This document shows positions 53,399 to 62,749 of a stretch of DNA of 64,000 nucleotides, piece after piece. The DNA comes from Rubripirellula sp. Its GTDB lineage: Bacteria; Planctomycetota; Planctomycetia; Pirellulales; Pirellulaceae. Position 1 is the first letter of the stretch. Each line of letters opens with the position of its first letter. The position numbers and the translations under genes were made by a program. The stretch spans positions 1,024,001 through 1,088,000 of the forward strand of contig OZ244207.1 in assembly GCA_965216875.1 (NCBI GenBank), read 5' to 3'. The notes under the pieces were generated by a model. It worked only from the letters and a program-made list of their open reading frames with translations, had not been told where the DNA came from and searched no databases.

Positions 53399-54139
53399 AT
53401 GTCGGACCTCTATTTCGCGAAAGTACCTCTCCGAAACACCTACTTGCGGGTGAAGAATCGGATCTCGAAAGGCAACGAATACTCCGATTTGATGCGGCGA
53501 TATGACATCAACTTGGTGTTTGATGTCGGTGCAAACAAAGGCCAATACGGCCGAGAATTGATCTCGAGCGGCTACCGCGGACGCATTGTGTCGTTCGAGC
53601 CCCTCCCGTCAGCCTTTGCCAAACTCAAGCTGAATCGCTGGAGCTTTTCGTCGTGGCAAGTCGAATCGTTTGCACTTGGTGCCGAAGAGAGCACGGCAAC
53701 GCTGAACGTCTCCGCCAACTCACAAAGCAGTTCGCTGCAACCGATGTTACAAGCACATGTCGATGCGGCCCCCGAAGCGGCCTACATTTCGACCTGTGAC
53801 GTTCCGGTTCGTCGGCTCGATCAGGTGTTCGACAACTATTATCGCCCTGGCGATCGTTGTTATTTGAAGCTCGATGTTCAAGGTCACGAGCACCATGTGT
53901 TGGCCGGCGCCTCGGAGTGTCTCGACAAGATCATCGCGGTTCAAGCCGAGTTGTCGATTTCGCCGCTCTATGAGGGCGCCCAGACTTGGCGCGATGCGAT
54001 CGATTCGATGGAATCGCTCGGTTATCGTTTGATGCTTCTGACCCCCGGCTTTCGTGATCGCGACACGGGCGAAATGATGCAAGCCGATGGCGTGTTCGTA
54101 CGCAACGACGCAGTCGAAAGCGTGCGAAGGGCCGCCTAA
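53399..54139 (+). CDS. FkbM family methyltransferase
   Basis: FDVGANKGQY, SFEP and LKLDVQGHE. Confidence 0.92.
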   Translation: MSDLYFAKVPLRNTYLRVKNRISKGNEYSDLMRRYDINLVFDVGANKGQYGRELISSGYRGRIVSFEPLPSAFAKLKLNRWSFSSWQVESFALGAEESTATLNVSANSQSSSLQPMLQAHVDAAPEAAYISTCDVPVRRLDQVFDNYYRPGDRCYLKLDVQGHEHHVLAGASECLDKIIAVQAELSISPLYEGAQTWRDAIDSMESLGYRLMLLTPGFRDRDTGEMMQADGVFVRNDAVESVRRAA

Positions 54140-54206
54140 GTCGAGTGCTGCGGATTGCAATCTTGGTGCCACCAGAGCAACTTCTTGCGCAGTTTGGGCT
54201 GCGCCC

Positions 54207-54299
54207 GTGAGCCGCTGGCCGTCAGGCCTCGGGCCCTTGCCGACGCGCACTAAGGTTGAAGGCGAGAAAGGCCCGGCCGCTTACGCGATCGCGGCTCAG
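54207..54299. repeat. REP-like family B variant pair
   Basis: Matches 11191 and 43554. Confidence 0.82.
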
Positions 54300-54356
54300 T
54301 TGTGTGAACTTCGGCAAGGATTTCTGCTGATGGAAGCGCAATCGCAATCTCGAGCA

Positions 54357-54611
54357 CTAGCGAGCCTTTTGTGATTGAGCGTCACGGTTGCCCTGCTGGT
54401 GAGGGCTAGGCATGACTTGCAAGTTTGCCTGCTCTTGTAGGCTGGGCAAGTGTTCCGGAAGGTCGAACACGAGCTCGTGACGGCGAATCGAAACCTCTTT
54501 CGGCGCTTCGATTGAAAGTGTGACGCGGCGGCCACGAATTCGCTGGATTGCGATTCGTGTGTTCCCGTCGATCACCAATTCTTCTCCAATTTTCCTTGTC
54601 AGCACCAACAT
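54357..54611 (-). CDS. csrA: Carbon storage regulator CsrA family protein
   Basis: MLVLTRKIGEELVI...RVTLSIEAPKEVSIRRHEL. Confidence 0.92.
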   Translation of the reverse strand: MLVLTRKIGEELVIDGNTRIAIQRIRGRRVTLSIEAPKEVSIRRHELVFDLPEHLPSLQEQANLQVMPSPHQQGNRDAQSQKAR

Positions 54612-54857
54612 CCGTTTTCTCCAATTCCGTTGGATTCCAGTTGCTTGCATTTCGCAATCAATGCAGCGGTTTGTTTGCCCTCCCTGTCTCTACGCGGAAA
54701 TGTTCGCTTCCGCCCGCAGTCCGCCTGTGCCAGATCGAGTGTGCGGAAAACCGCGATTGGCTGCAGGCAATCAGATGCTCTTCCGCCTCGAGGGCCCTTT
54801 TTGGTAAATCGCATACTTACGTTTTTGGTAAGCGTTTCCCCAACCAAGAAGTCACGG

Positions 54858-55979
54858 ATGTCTTCTGCCATGTTCCAACGTTGTTTGCTCGGACTTTGTT
54901 TGTTGACGGTCACTTCGAGTGTGACCTTTGCGGACACCCCTAGCTTGTTGAAGATTTTTGGTCGCACAGCAAAGGCGAAGCCGATTGCTGATGCAAACTC
55001 GTTCAAGCTGAGTGCAGAAGACGGGCCTTGGTTGATTTTGGCCGCGACCTTTGTCGGCAACGACGCAAAGCAGCGTGCACAAAAGCTGGCCACCGAAATC
55101 CGCAGTGAAATGCGGTTGCCAGCCTATATCTACAACGAGAAGTTTGACTTCACTGGCAAGTTGAATTCACCCGATCGCAACGCCCCTAAGATGCGTTACG
55201 CCAACCAATACGAATACGAAGCCTACGCCGTTCTGGTTGGTGAATACGATTCGGTCGAAAACAAGAATCTCGAAAAAGACCTCGCATCGATTCGTACCGC
55301 ATCGCCTTCAGTCTTTGACAAAAAGAACCAGGAAGTCGCCGATCCCGACAAGCCTGTCACCATGCTCAGCGCGATCAAAGACAAATTGACTCGCGCCAAG
55401 AAGGGCAAAGGACCGATGGCGTCTGCGTTTGTCACTCGCAACCCATTGCTTCCCAAAGAGTACTTTGATGCACCTGAGGTCGACTCGTTCGTCCACGCGC
55501 TCAACAAAGATTTCCCATCGAACAATCTGTTGCAAAACAAAGGCAAGTTCACGGTGATCGTTCGTACGTTCCAGGGACTCGAGACCGTTGTCGATGGACG
55601 CAACGACAAAAAGTTCTTGCCGAACCTGCGTCGTTTGGATCAATTCGCCGAAGACGCTGAAAAGATGACGGCCAAGCTTCGCGCTGACGGAGTCGAGGCT
55701 TACCAATTCCACGACCGCTTCAAATCGATTGTGACAATTGGTAGCTTTGACGAACTGGGACGCGAATTGCCCGATGGTCGTTTCGAATACTCGCCCGAGA
55801 TTCGACGCGTGATGAAGAAGTACAGCGCGCTAAATGACCAAGTGGCTCGTGTGATTCCACAACAAGGGATTGCAGCGAATCACATCGACAAGATTCCGTT
55901 TGACGTCAAGCCAACGCCAATCGCGGTCCCGAAACCGTCCAAACGCAGCCTCTACAGCTCGGCTTTCGGCCGTCGATAA
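54858..55979 (+). CDS. Secreted hypothetical protein
   Basis: Signal peptide and a long ORF with two GPW.I.A.TF / KFTV.V.TF-like halves. Coupled to rdgB. Confidence 0.75.
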   Translation: MSSAMFQRCLLGLCLLTVTSSVTFADTPSLLKIFGRTAKAKPIADANSFKLSAEDGPWLILAATFVGNDAKQRAQKLATEIRSEMRLPAYIYNEKFDFTGKLNSPDRNAPKMRYANQYEYEAYAVLVGEYDSVENKNLEKDLASIRTASPSVFDKKNQEVADPDKPVTMLSAIKDKLTRAKKGKGPMASAFVTRNPLLPKEYFDAPEVDSFVHALNKDFPSNNLLQNKGKFTVIVRTFQGLETVVDGRNDKKFLPNLRRLDQFAEDAEKMTAKLRADGVEAYQFHDRFKSIVTIGSFDELGRELPDGRFEYSPEIRRVMKKYSALNDQVARVIPQQGIAANHIDKIPFDVKPTPIAVPKPSKRSLYSSAFGRR

Positions 55980-55981
55980 TC

Positions 55982-56590
55982 ATGTTTGATCTTGTCCTGG
56001 GAACCAACAACGCAAAAAAGCTCGTTGAACTTCGCTTGTTGCTTCCCGCGGATCGGATCAAGCTGACACCTCTTTGCGAGATTCCCGAGTCATTTGACGT
56101 CGAGGAAACCGGCACAACGTTCACCGAAAACGCCGCGCTCAAAGCGACCGAGCAAGCCAAACACCTCGGCCGCTGGGTGCTTGCCGAAGACAGCGGTCTG
56201 TCGGTTGATGCACTCAAAGGTGAACCGGGTGTCTATTCCGCTCGTTACGCCGGGACACACGGTGATGACGAGGCGAACAACGACAAACTGTTGGAATCGC
56301 TTGCCGGAGTGCCCGAAGAAAAACGGGGGGCGCAATACAACTGCTACCTCTGTCTTTCCGATCCTGAAGGCAACGTTCGCATCCAAGCCAATGCTAAGTG
56401 CGGCGGTAGGATCGCGACCGAGCGAACCGGAACGGCTGGGTTTGGTTATGACCCACTGTTCATCATCCGCGAATACCATCGCACCTTCGGCGAGCTTGAT
56501 CTGGCTGTCAAACGAGCGATCAGCCATCGGTCGCGAGCATTACGCGTGTTCATTCCAAAGCTGTTGCGACTGGTCGAACAGGAATCGTAA
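55982..56590 (+). CDS. rdgB: Non-canonical purine NTP pyrophosphatase (HAM1)
   Basis: TNNAKK, ETGTTF.ENA.LKA, EDSGL, PGVYSARY, GFGYDPLF and SHR. Confidence 0.96.
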   Translation: MFDLVLGTNNAKKLVELRLLLPADRIKLTPLCEIPESFDVEETGTTFTENAALKATEQAKHLGRWVLAEDSGLSVDALKGEPGVYSARYAGTHGDDEANNDKLLESLAGVPEEKRGAQYNCYLCLSDPEGNVRIQANAKCGGRIATERTGTAGFGYDPLFIIREYHRTFGELDLAVKRAISHRSRALRVFIPKLLRLVEQES

Positions 56591-56617
56591 GGCCACACGA
56601 GCTTCTGGTATCGCGAT

Positions 56618-56681
56618 TGTCGCCTTTCGCTCCGCGAAAGTATCGCTCAGAAACGCAACTTTCGCGGAGCGAAAGGCGACG
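56618..56681. repeat. REP-like family F long hairpin
   Basis: GTCGCCTTTCGCTCCGCGAAAGT ... ACTTTCGCGGAGCGAAAGGCGAC. Confidence 0.88.
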
Positions 56682-56780
56682 ATGTACCGCCGATATTTCT
56701 ATCAGCGGCCTTACCATCTCGAGAAGCCTGCGAGCACGACCGTAATCGCTTGCTTTCGCTTTCTTGCTCGGTGGCGTCTT

Positions 56781-59700
56781 CTAGTCGTCTTTGGCTTCGC
56801 GCAATAGTTCTGCCATTCTTGGACGATCCTGTTGAATCTGCTCGAGATCGACGGGCATTCCGATCGCGCGACCGATTCCGGTGTAGAAACCGGCTAGACC
56901 ATCGGACCATTCACCTGAAACGACATCGACGACGGTTTCGCCGCGATCATTCTCGACCGCCGGCGTCGCTCCTTGTTCGAGGAGCAATCGAACCACTTCT
57001 TCGCGACACATGAAGGCGGCGACGTGCAGCGGCGTGTTTCCATCTTCGTTGCCCCTCGATACGCGGGCACCTTTGTCGATCAGGTACTTCACCATCTCGA
57101 CGTTGCCACGCAGAGCCGCGTTGCTGAGCGCCGTCGAACCTTCTCGCGGTCGTCTTCCGTTGATGTTGGCACCGGCCGCCAACGCCCGCTCAACTGCATC
57201 GCGATCGCCTCGGTTGACGGCATCGCTGAGTGCGATTTGCTGGTTGGTTCGACGCGCGTTGATGCGTTGTTTCAATTCGCGTGCGTCATCAGCGTTGTCG
57301 ACGATGTGAAAGATAAAGTCGTTGCTGAATTGACCACTCGGGTTTTGCAATTGAATCAAATGCATCCCTTTCTCGGGAAGTGTTTCAAGCGTGATGGTTA
57401 GCGTTTCGCCATCGATCGAGACGCTTCCATCGGTGCGGCGTCCATTGACGACGATGTTGGGGGCTTCACTGACATGCCGTCCACTAACGGTCATTTGACG
57501 TTTGCCTGGGTGGAGCACGGGGAAGTCTTGATGTCCGCGTTGTTGCTCGATGGGGCCGAGTGTCCAAATGGCTGGTTGAGGATGATCGACGTCGGCCGCG
57601 TTTCCGTGCCGGGCTGAGAAGGTGCCAACAAAAGATTTGGTTGATGCCATCGCGAGCAAGCGTTCAGTCGGGTAGGCCGTTCGCGTTTCGTTGCAAACGT
57701 AACTTCCCGAGCCGTCGTACTTCAGTGAGACGCTTGTCGAGTTGTTGTCGCCTAGTAGGACACCATCCACTTCAAGGACGACCGCACCTTCCTCGGCCGC
57801 CTGTTCGAGCTCGTGCAGCAGTTCGACCGTCGCGGTGTCATCCGCTGTCGCGGGGTCAAGCGTCAATTGACGAGCGAATGCGCCCGAGTATCCCGTACTG
57901 CCTTCCAAGACCATGTCCCAAACGGGATCAAATCGTCTTCGGCCGGCCCAAGAGAATTGCCACAAGCGTCGTTCGGGGATACCAAGTTCGGTGATGCTGC
58001 GGAAAAAGTCAAAGCTGATGATGTTCAACCGACCCTGAGGCAGAATCAGCCATCGGTCATACGCACCTCGCCAGGTCGGCGCGTCCATTCCCGAGCCCGG
58101 CGTGTTGGTGCTGACCCAATAGGGCATGCGATGACAGTCACCGCATACGTTGGGAGTCGGGCCGCCTTGATGGTCACCGTCGATATGAAACAGCTTGAAC
58201 CCATCGAGCGCGCGATCGGAAACGGTATTGGTGTAGGCACGGCGCTGCGCAGGCGGGTAGGGGACGCTCAACAAAAAGGTCGCCATGTCATCGCGTTGCT
58301 GCGCGCTGAGTCGACCAGACTTTCCTTCGTCGTTCTTACCCTCGTGACCGACCATCGCCATGGTGGAGGCGAGCCCGCCGTCGATCAGGTTCCGAGTGGT
58401 GCTTTCGGGAACGTCAAGTTCAGCATTGGGTTCGACATTGCCATGCACGTTGGCACTGTTATTGCCACCATAGGGATCGCCCGGGATGCCGTCCCAATGA
58501 AACGGCGCCGTGTCACGGAGTCCACGAATCGGCATCGTGGAGCGGGGCATGATTTGGTCGCCACCGGTCACGATCGGAGTTTTCAATACCCAGAGCAATT
58601 GATCGGTGTGGCCGTCTGGGTGACAACTTGCACAGGAAAACGTCTCGGTCGTCGAAGCCGCTGCGGTGTTGAATGCGATGCGTCCTCGTTTGACGACAGG
58701 ATGCGTGGGGTCGTCGAGGGCGATCCGTTTTTTGACCACGGGATGGGAGCGATCGGACAGGTCGAGCGATACAACTGAGTTTTCGACTGCATTGAAAACC
58801 CAGCCGCCCTTTAGTTGCCCATCGTTGTCATGAATTAGCGCCAAGCCACGAGGGACAGCGTCTACCCTGACGCTTCCAAGTACGTTTCCGGTCGCGGTGT
58901 CGACCGTGAAGACCTTGTCGGAACCGGCCGCGGTGGCGACGAGTGTTGAGTCGTCCTCGGAAACCTGTATCGCAAAGGGCGTCGCCAAGGCCGTTCCCGG
59001 TTCAGGGTGTTCGGGGGGCAACGGTTCAAGCTCAATCCGTGTTGGTTTCTGGTACTTTCCGTTGGCAAAGGGTACCGCCGTGATCTGATTGAGAAAGGCG
59101 CGGTTTTCGAGTTGAGCCAGGCCGTGCTTTTTCGTGCCGCTTCGTCCGTTGACTTCGTTTCGAGCGTCGGTCTGTGCGACGTAGACGTTGCCTTGGGAGT
59201 CGACTGTGAGGCCGTAAAGGAGTGTGCCCAGGTCCTCGACCACCTGGACGATTTTGTCCGTGCTGGTGTCGTAAACATAAAGGTCACGATCAGGAACTTC
59301 GGGGTGTTTGATGATGTCGACAACCGCACCAAGGGAAAGCACGTTGTTGTTGGCGACCGAATGCTGGTGCGCATCGAACGTCACAAGGTCTCCATCCATC
59401 GGGGGCTGCCCGCCAGAGAGTTGGGTGCGATTGTTCGATTCAAAGGGAATGACGTAGAGCCTGTCACCTCGGACCACGATGTCGCGTGGGTCTTGAGCGG
59501 TCAGGAACAGACGCTTGGTGACCTTGCGAGCCGCGACATCGATGACAGCGATGCGATTTTCGGACGACAACGCAACGTACGCCTTGGTGTTGTTTGCGAA
59601 AGCGATTCCAACGGGCTCGTCAAATCGCGTCGCCTTTGTTTCCGGATCGATGTCTTGAATGGTCGCGATCACATGCAGGTAAGTGCGGCTCGCGGGGACG

Positions 59701-60053
59701 ACGTCAATCACCGACACCGTGTCGGAGACATGGTTTGAAACCCATACCTCGTTGCCATCGGGACGGACGGCGACCGACACAGGGTCAACGCCGACCGGAA
59801 TGCGATGGACGATCCGGTTGGATGCAATCGCAATGACATCGACCGTGTCGGACGGCGTGTTGACGACAAAGACGTGATCACCGGTGATCGCGATGGGCGA
59901 GGCGTGGGGGCTCAGGAAGGTCGGGTGTCCCACTTCAGGCAAGTCGGCGCGAACACTCTGCTGATCACGACGACGTTCTAATTCGTTTGCGCTACTGACA
60001 GTCGGAAACCACAGAATCGCTACCGCAGTGGTCAGCGCGATGGCTCTGTTCAT
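56781..60053 (-). CDS. Secreted YVTN/YncE beta-propeller + di-heme cytochrome c (peroxidase-like) + ankyrin protein
   Basis: IPVGVDPVSVAVRPDG.EVWVSN..SDTVSVID blades, heme motifs CASCH and CGDCH, TAPFHWDG, and C-terminal ankyrin repeats (GNTPLHVAA). Confidence 0.87.
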   Translation of the reverse strand: MNRAIALTTAVAILWFPTVSSANELERRRDQQSVRADLPEVGHPTFLSPHASPIAITGDHVFVVNTPSDTVDVIAIASNRIVHRIPVGVDPVSVAVRPDGNEVWVSNHVSDTVSVIDVVPASRTYLHVIATIQDIDPETKATRFDEPVGIAFANNTKAYVALSSENRIAVIDVAARKVTKRLFLTAQDPRDIVVRGDRLYVIPFESNNRTQLSGGQPPMDGDLVTFDAHQHSVANNNVLSLGAVVDIIKHPEVPDRDLYVYDTSTDKIVQVVEDLGTLLYGLTVDSQGNVYVAQTDARNEVNGRSGTKKHGLAQLENRAFLNQITAVPFANGKYQKPTRIELEPLPPEHPEPGTALATPFAIQVSEDDSTLVATAAGSDKVFTVDTATGNVLGSVRVDAVPRGLALIHDNDGQLKGGWVFNAVENSVVSLDLSDRSHPVVKKRIALDDPTHPVVKRGRIAFNTAAASTTETFSCASCHPDGHTDQLLWVLKTPIVTGGDQIMPRSTMPIRGLRDTAPFHWDGIPGDPYGGNNSANVHGNVEPNAELDVPESTTRNLIDGGLASTMAMVGHEGKNDEGKSGRLSAQQRDDMATFLLSVPYPPAQRRAYTNTVSDRALDGFKLFHIDGDHQGGPTPNVCGDCHRMPYWVSTNTPGSGMDAPTWRGAYDRWLILPQGRLNIISFDFFRSITELGIPERRLWQFSWAGRRRFDPVWDMVLEGSTGYSGAFARQLTLDPATADDTATVELLHELEQAAEEGAVVLEVDGVLLGDNNSTSVSLKYDGSGSYVCNETRTAYPTERLLAMASTKSFVGTFSARHGNAADVDHPQPAIWTLGPIEQQRGHQDFPVLHPGKRQMTVSGRHVSEAPNIVVNGRRTDGSVSIDGETLTITLETLPEKGMHLIQLQNPSGQFSNDFIFHIVDNADDARELKQRINARRTNQQIALSDAVNRGDRDAVERALAAGANINGRRPREGSTALSNAALRGNVEMVKYLIDKGARVSRGNEDGNTPLHVAAFMCREEVVRLLLEQGATPAVENDRGETVVDVVSGEWSDGLAGFYTGIGRAIGMPVDLEQIQQDRPRMAELLREAKDD

Positions 60054-60267
60054 TGCCTAAAGCACCTGCTGGAGAAGATGTTGCGAAAGTCGAAACATCG
60101 ATTGTCGCGCTGAGGTTGGCATTTCCGCTAGAGTCGCGGAAAAAAAGTTACAGTCGGAAACAGAGCTGATTCCGCGGTGTCACGCTTCGGTTACAAACCG
60201 TCACCCAGGTGCGCTATGATGAAGGCTCGGCTTGGAAAGACGAAACGCGACGCACGTGAGGATTCAA

Positions 60268-61305
60268 ATGAGCTCATTTCGAACGCTACTGCTGAGTGCG
60301 ATCGTCCTCGCCACATGTCCCACTTTCGCTGACGATCCTTCGTCGGTTGATGTGTTTCAAGGCCCGATGAGACTCGGTGAATCGGGGTTATCCAATGAAG
60401 ACTTTTTCTCGTTCACGTCGATTGGCCAGTGGCGTCTCGAAGTGGATGGCAAACCAGTCATTGTTTCGGTGTATCACGACTTGGCAAAACGTTTGGGCGG
60501 GCAATGGATCGATGAACATGGCATTCTCGATCTCAGCAACGTTAGCTTCCGCGACAAGCGTTTGCGTTTTGTGTCGATACCGACCGGCGATCGGCAACTT
60601 CAATGGCGGCTAGCGGGATCCACCGTTGACGACGAGCTTGTTGGTACGGCGTCGAATGATCGTGATGGCGCAAGCTATGTCGAAGGAAATCGGATTCGTG
60701 AAACGCCGCCTGAGGTGGGGCGTTGGAGCGTCGGCTTTCGAGAACGACGTGTGAACCGCAGCCTGCAAATTTCGATGCTTGATGATGGACGGTTGGTCGC
60801 CGGTTTCCGGTTGAATGACGGGATGGAACCGATCGACGTTCACATCGCGGACGGAAAGTTTGAATTCGAATTGGGCGGTGCGGACTTTCGCGGTGCACTA
60901 CGTTCGACGAATGTCTTTGATGGAAAGCTTGAAACGGCCAGGGCCGAAGCGAGCATGGCCTTCATGCGTATCGGTCGCCCAATCATCGGCTACTGGCAAT
61001 GTGACTTGTCGGATTCGGGCAGCGATCAAAGGCTGGTCATCATGCCTGACTTCAGCGGTTGGTTTGGTCCCTACAAAATCACCGAGATCGAATGCGATGA
61101 TCTCGAAACTTACGCGCAGGTTTTTGGTGGCGAGGAATTGAAGCAAGCGTCCCTCTCTTTTTCCTACACCGATGCAAAGGGAGTCGAGCACAGCTTCATC
61201 GGAGAGGTCACGGGGGAGCAAATGGCGGGAAAAATCGATTCCGGTACCGAGATGACCGCCAGACGCCGGCACAAATGGTGGGCAGCGACGAAGTTTCGAA
61301 AGTAG
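60268..61305 (+). CDS. Secreted hypothetical protein with three repeated beta-rich modules
   Basis: Signal peptide, and modules beginning SIGQW, EVGRW and IIGYW. Confidence 0.72.
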   Translation: MSSFRTLLLSAIVLATCPTFADDPSSVDVFQGPMRLGESGLSNEDFFSFTSIGQWRLEVDGKPVIVSVYHDLAKRLGGQWIDEHGILDLSNVSFRDKRLRFVSIPTGDRQLQWRLAGSTVDDELVGTASNDRDGASYVEGNRIRETPPEVGRWSVGFRERRVNRSLQISMLDDGRLVAGFRLNDGMEPIDVHIADGKFEFELGGADFRGALRSTNVFDGKLETARAEASMAFMRIGRPIIGYWQCDLSDSGSDQRLVIMPDFSGWFGPYKITEIECDDLETYAQVFGGEELKQASLSFSYTDAKGVEHSFIGEVTGEQMAGKIDSGTEMTARRRHKWWAATKFRK

Positions 61306-61705
61306 CTCGGCGCCCGCGTTCTCTTGGAAGCGACCCTACATACACCTCAATTCGGGGGGCGGTTTTGCCGTTTTTTTCGGTTGTGGCGTGAGGTGGTGCC
61401 GGCTGAGGTCGCGGTCGGGCCCGGGAAGTCCTAACTCCGGGGCGTTTATGCTTGGTTCTGGGCATATCGGGGAGTATCATTGGGCCTGACGGAAGTCTGC
61501 CGCGACCCTGGGGAAGCGGGCTGGTGACCTCGTTTGGTCATTTGCTCGTTGGGTGTCAGGCTGACCCGCCTCATCCGTCGACCGAGTTGTTCTGCTGTTT
61601 TTGCCCAGAGAATGGGGCGACAGCAGGTGGAATCCCAAGAATCAAAGCCAGCTAAATGTACTCGTCCCGCTGGCGAGGCGAACCTGCTTCAAAAGGAACC
61701 TATCT

Positions 61706-62530
61706 GTGATCACCCGAATCGCATTGTCCGTTGCAGCCGTTTTTGCAATTTCAATGTCAGTTCCCGCTCACGCTGACAACATCGACGAAGCAGCAGCGCT
61801 CAACGTCGGCTTGTTTGAAGCGATGGATGCTGGCCAGGTGGATGTGAAATTCATCCCCCAAGATGCAAAGAAAGCAAACGTCCTGATTAAGAACCTGACC
61901 GACAAGCCTCTTCACCTGCGGCTTCCCAACGCGTTCGCCAGCGTCCCTGTTCTTGCCCAAGGCATGATGGGCGGCATGGGCGGCATGGGTGGCGGCGGCA
62001 TGGGCGGCGGAGGCATGGGTATGGGCGGCGGTGGCCAAGCTGGCGGCGGCGGTATGGGTGGCATGGGCGGCGGCGGCATGGGCGGCATGGGCGGCGGCGG
62101 CATGATGGGCGGCGGCGGCGGATTCATGCGAGTCCCACCAGAACGTATGAAAAAGTTTTCGGTCAACACCGTTTGCCTCGAACATGGCAAGCCCGACCCA
62201 AATCCGAAAATGCCTTACAAGATCGTTCCAATCGAACAGTTCACCGATAATCCGCGCGTTCGCGTCATCTGCGAAGCACTCGGTTACAACCAAGTCACTC
62301 AGAACACGGCTCAAGCTGCAGCGTGGCACATCATGGACAAGATGAGCTGGCAAGAATTGGCTGCTAAGAACCGCGTCGAGAGCAAGTACGTCGGTAACAT
62401 TCGCTGGTTCTCGCCGATCGAACTGCGAACAGCAGCTGCGGTTGTCAACGAAGCGACCCGCATCGCCAAAGCACGCAGCGACAGCGATTCGAGCAGCAGC
62501 GAGTCGAGCGAAGCCGATTACGAAGGCTGA
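61706..62530 (+). CDS. Secreted protein with a Gly/Met (GGMGG) low-complexity insert
   Basis: AAGGA upstream of a GTG start, signal peptide, GGM tract at about 61960-62125, and VCLEHGKPDP. Confidence 0.82.
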   Translation: MITRIALSVAAVFAISMSVPAHADNIDEAAALNVGLFEAMDAGQVDVKFIPQDAKKANVLIKNLTDKPLHLRLPNAFASVPVLAQGMMGGMGGMGGGGMGGGGMGMGGGGQAGGGGMGGMGGGGMGGMGGGGMMGGGGGFMRVPPERMKKFSVNTVCLEHGKPDPNPKMPYKIVPIEQFTDNPRVRVICEALGYNQVTQNTAQAAAWHIMDKMSWQELAAKNRVESKYVGNIRWFSPIELRTAAAVVNEATRIAKARSDSDSSSSESSEADYEG

Positions 62531-62561
62531 GCCGCCAAGCGATTCGCTTTGAAAAACACGT

Positions 62562-62596
62562 AACCGCACCAGTCGATCTGGTGCGGTTCTTTTTTT
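62562..62596 (+). terminator. Intrinsic terminator
   Basis: AACCGCACCAG-TCGAT-CTGGTGCGGTT-CTTTTTTT. Confidence 0.88.
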
Positions 62597-62611
62597 GGCA
62601 TGACCGATGCA
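62596..62611 (+). promoter_or_regulatory. Possible sigma-54 promoter for fliG
   Basis: TGGCATGACCGATGCA has exact GG-N10-GC spacing. Confidence 0.45.
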
Positions 62612-62749
62612 ATCGTCACGTCAACCCGATCGGTCATTGCCCAAATCCTAGGTCGACAACAGCCCAAAGAAACCACTGCCGATACTCAGACGGTGGGTTT
62701 TTTCCATGACATTTCAATGGGGCTGGGCATGTCGACTGCGGGGAATTTG

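Noticed and set aside
54700..54735. Sigma-54 promoter for csrA (TGGCAC on the minus strand)
   Set aside because: The GG-to-GC spacing is 12 nt rather than the required 10.
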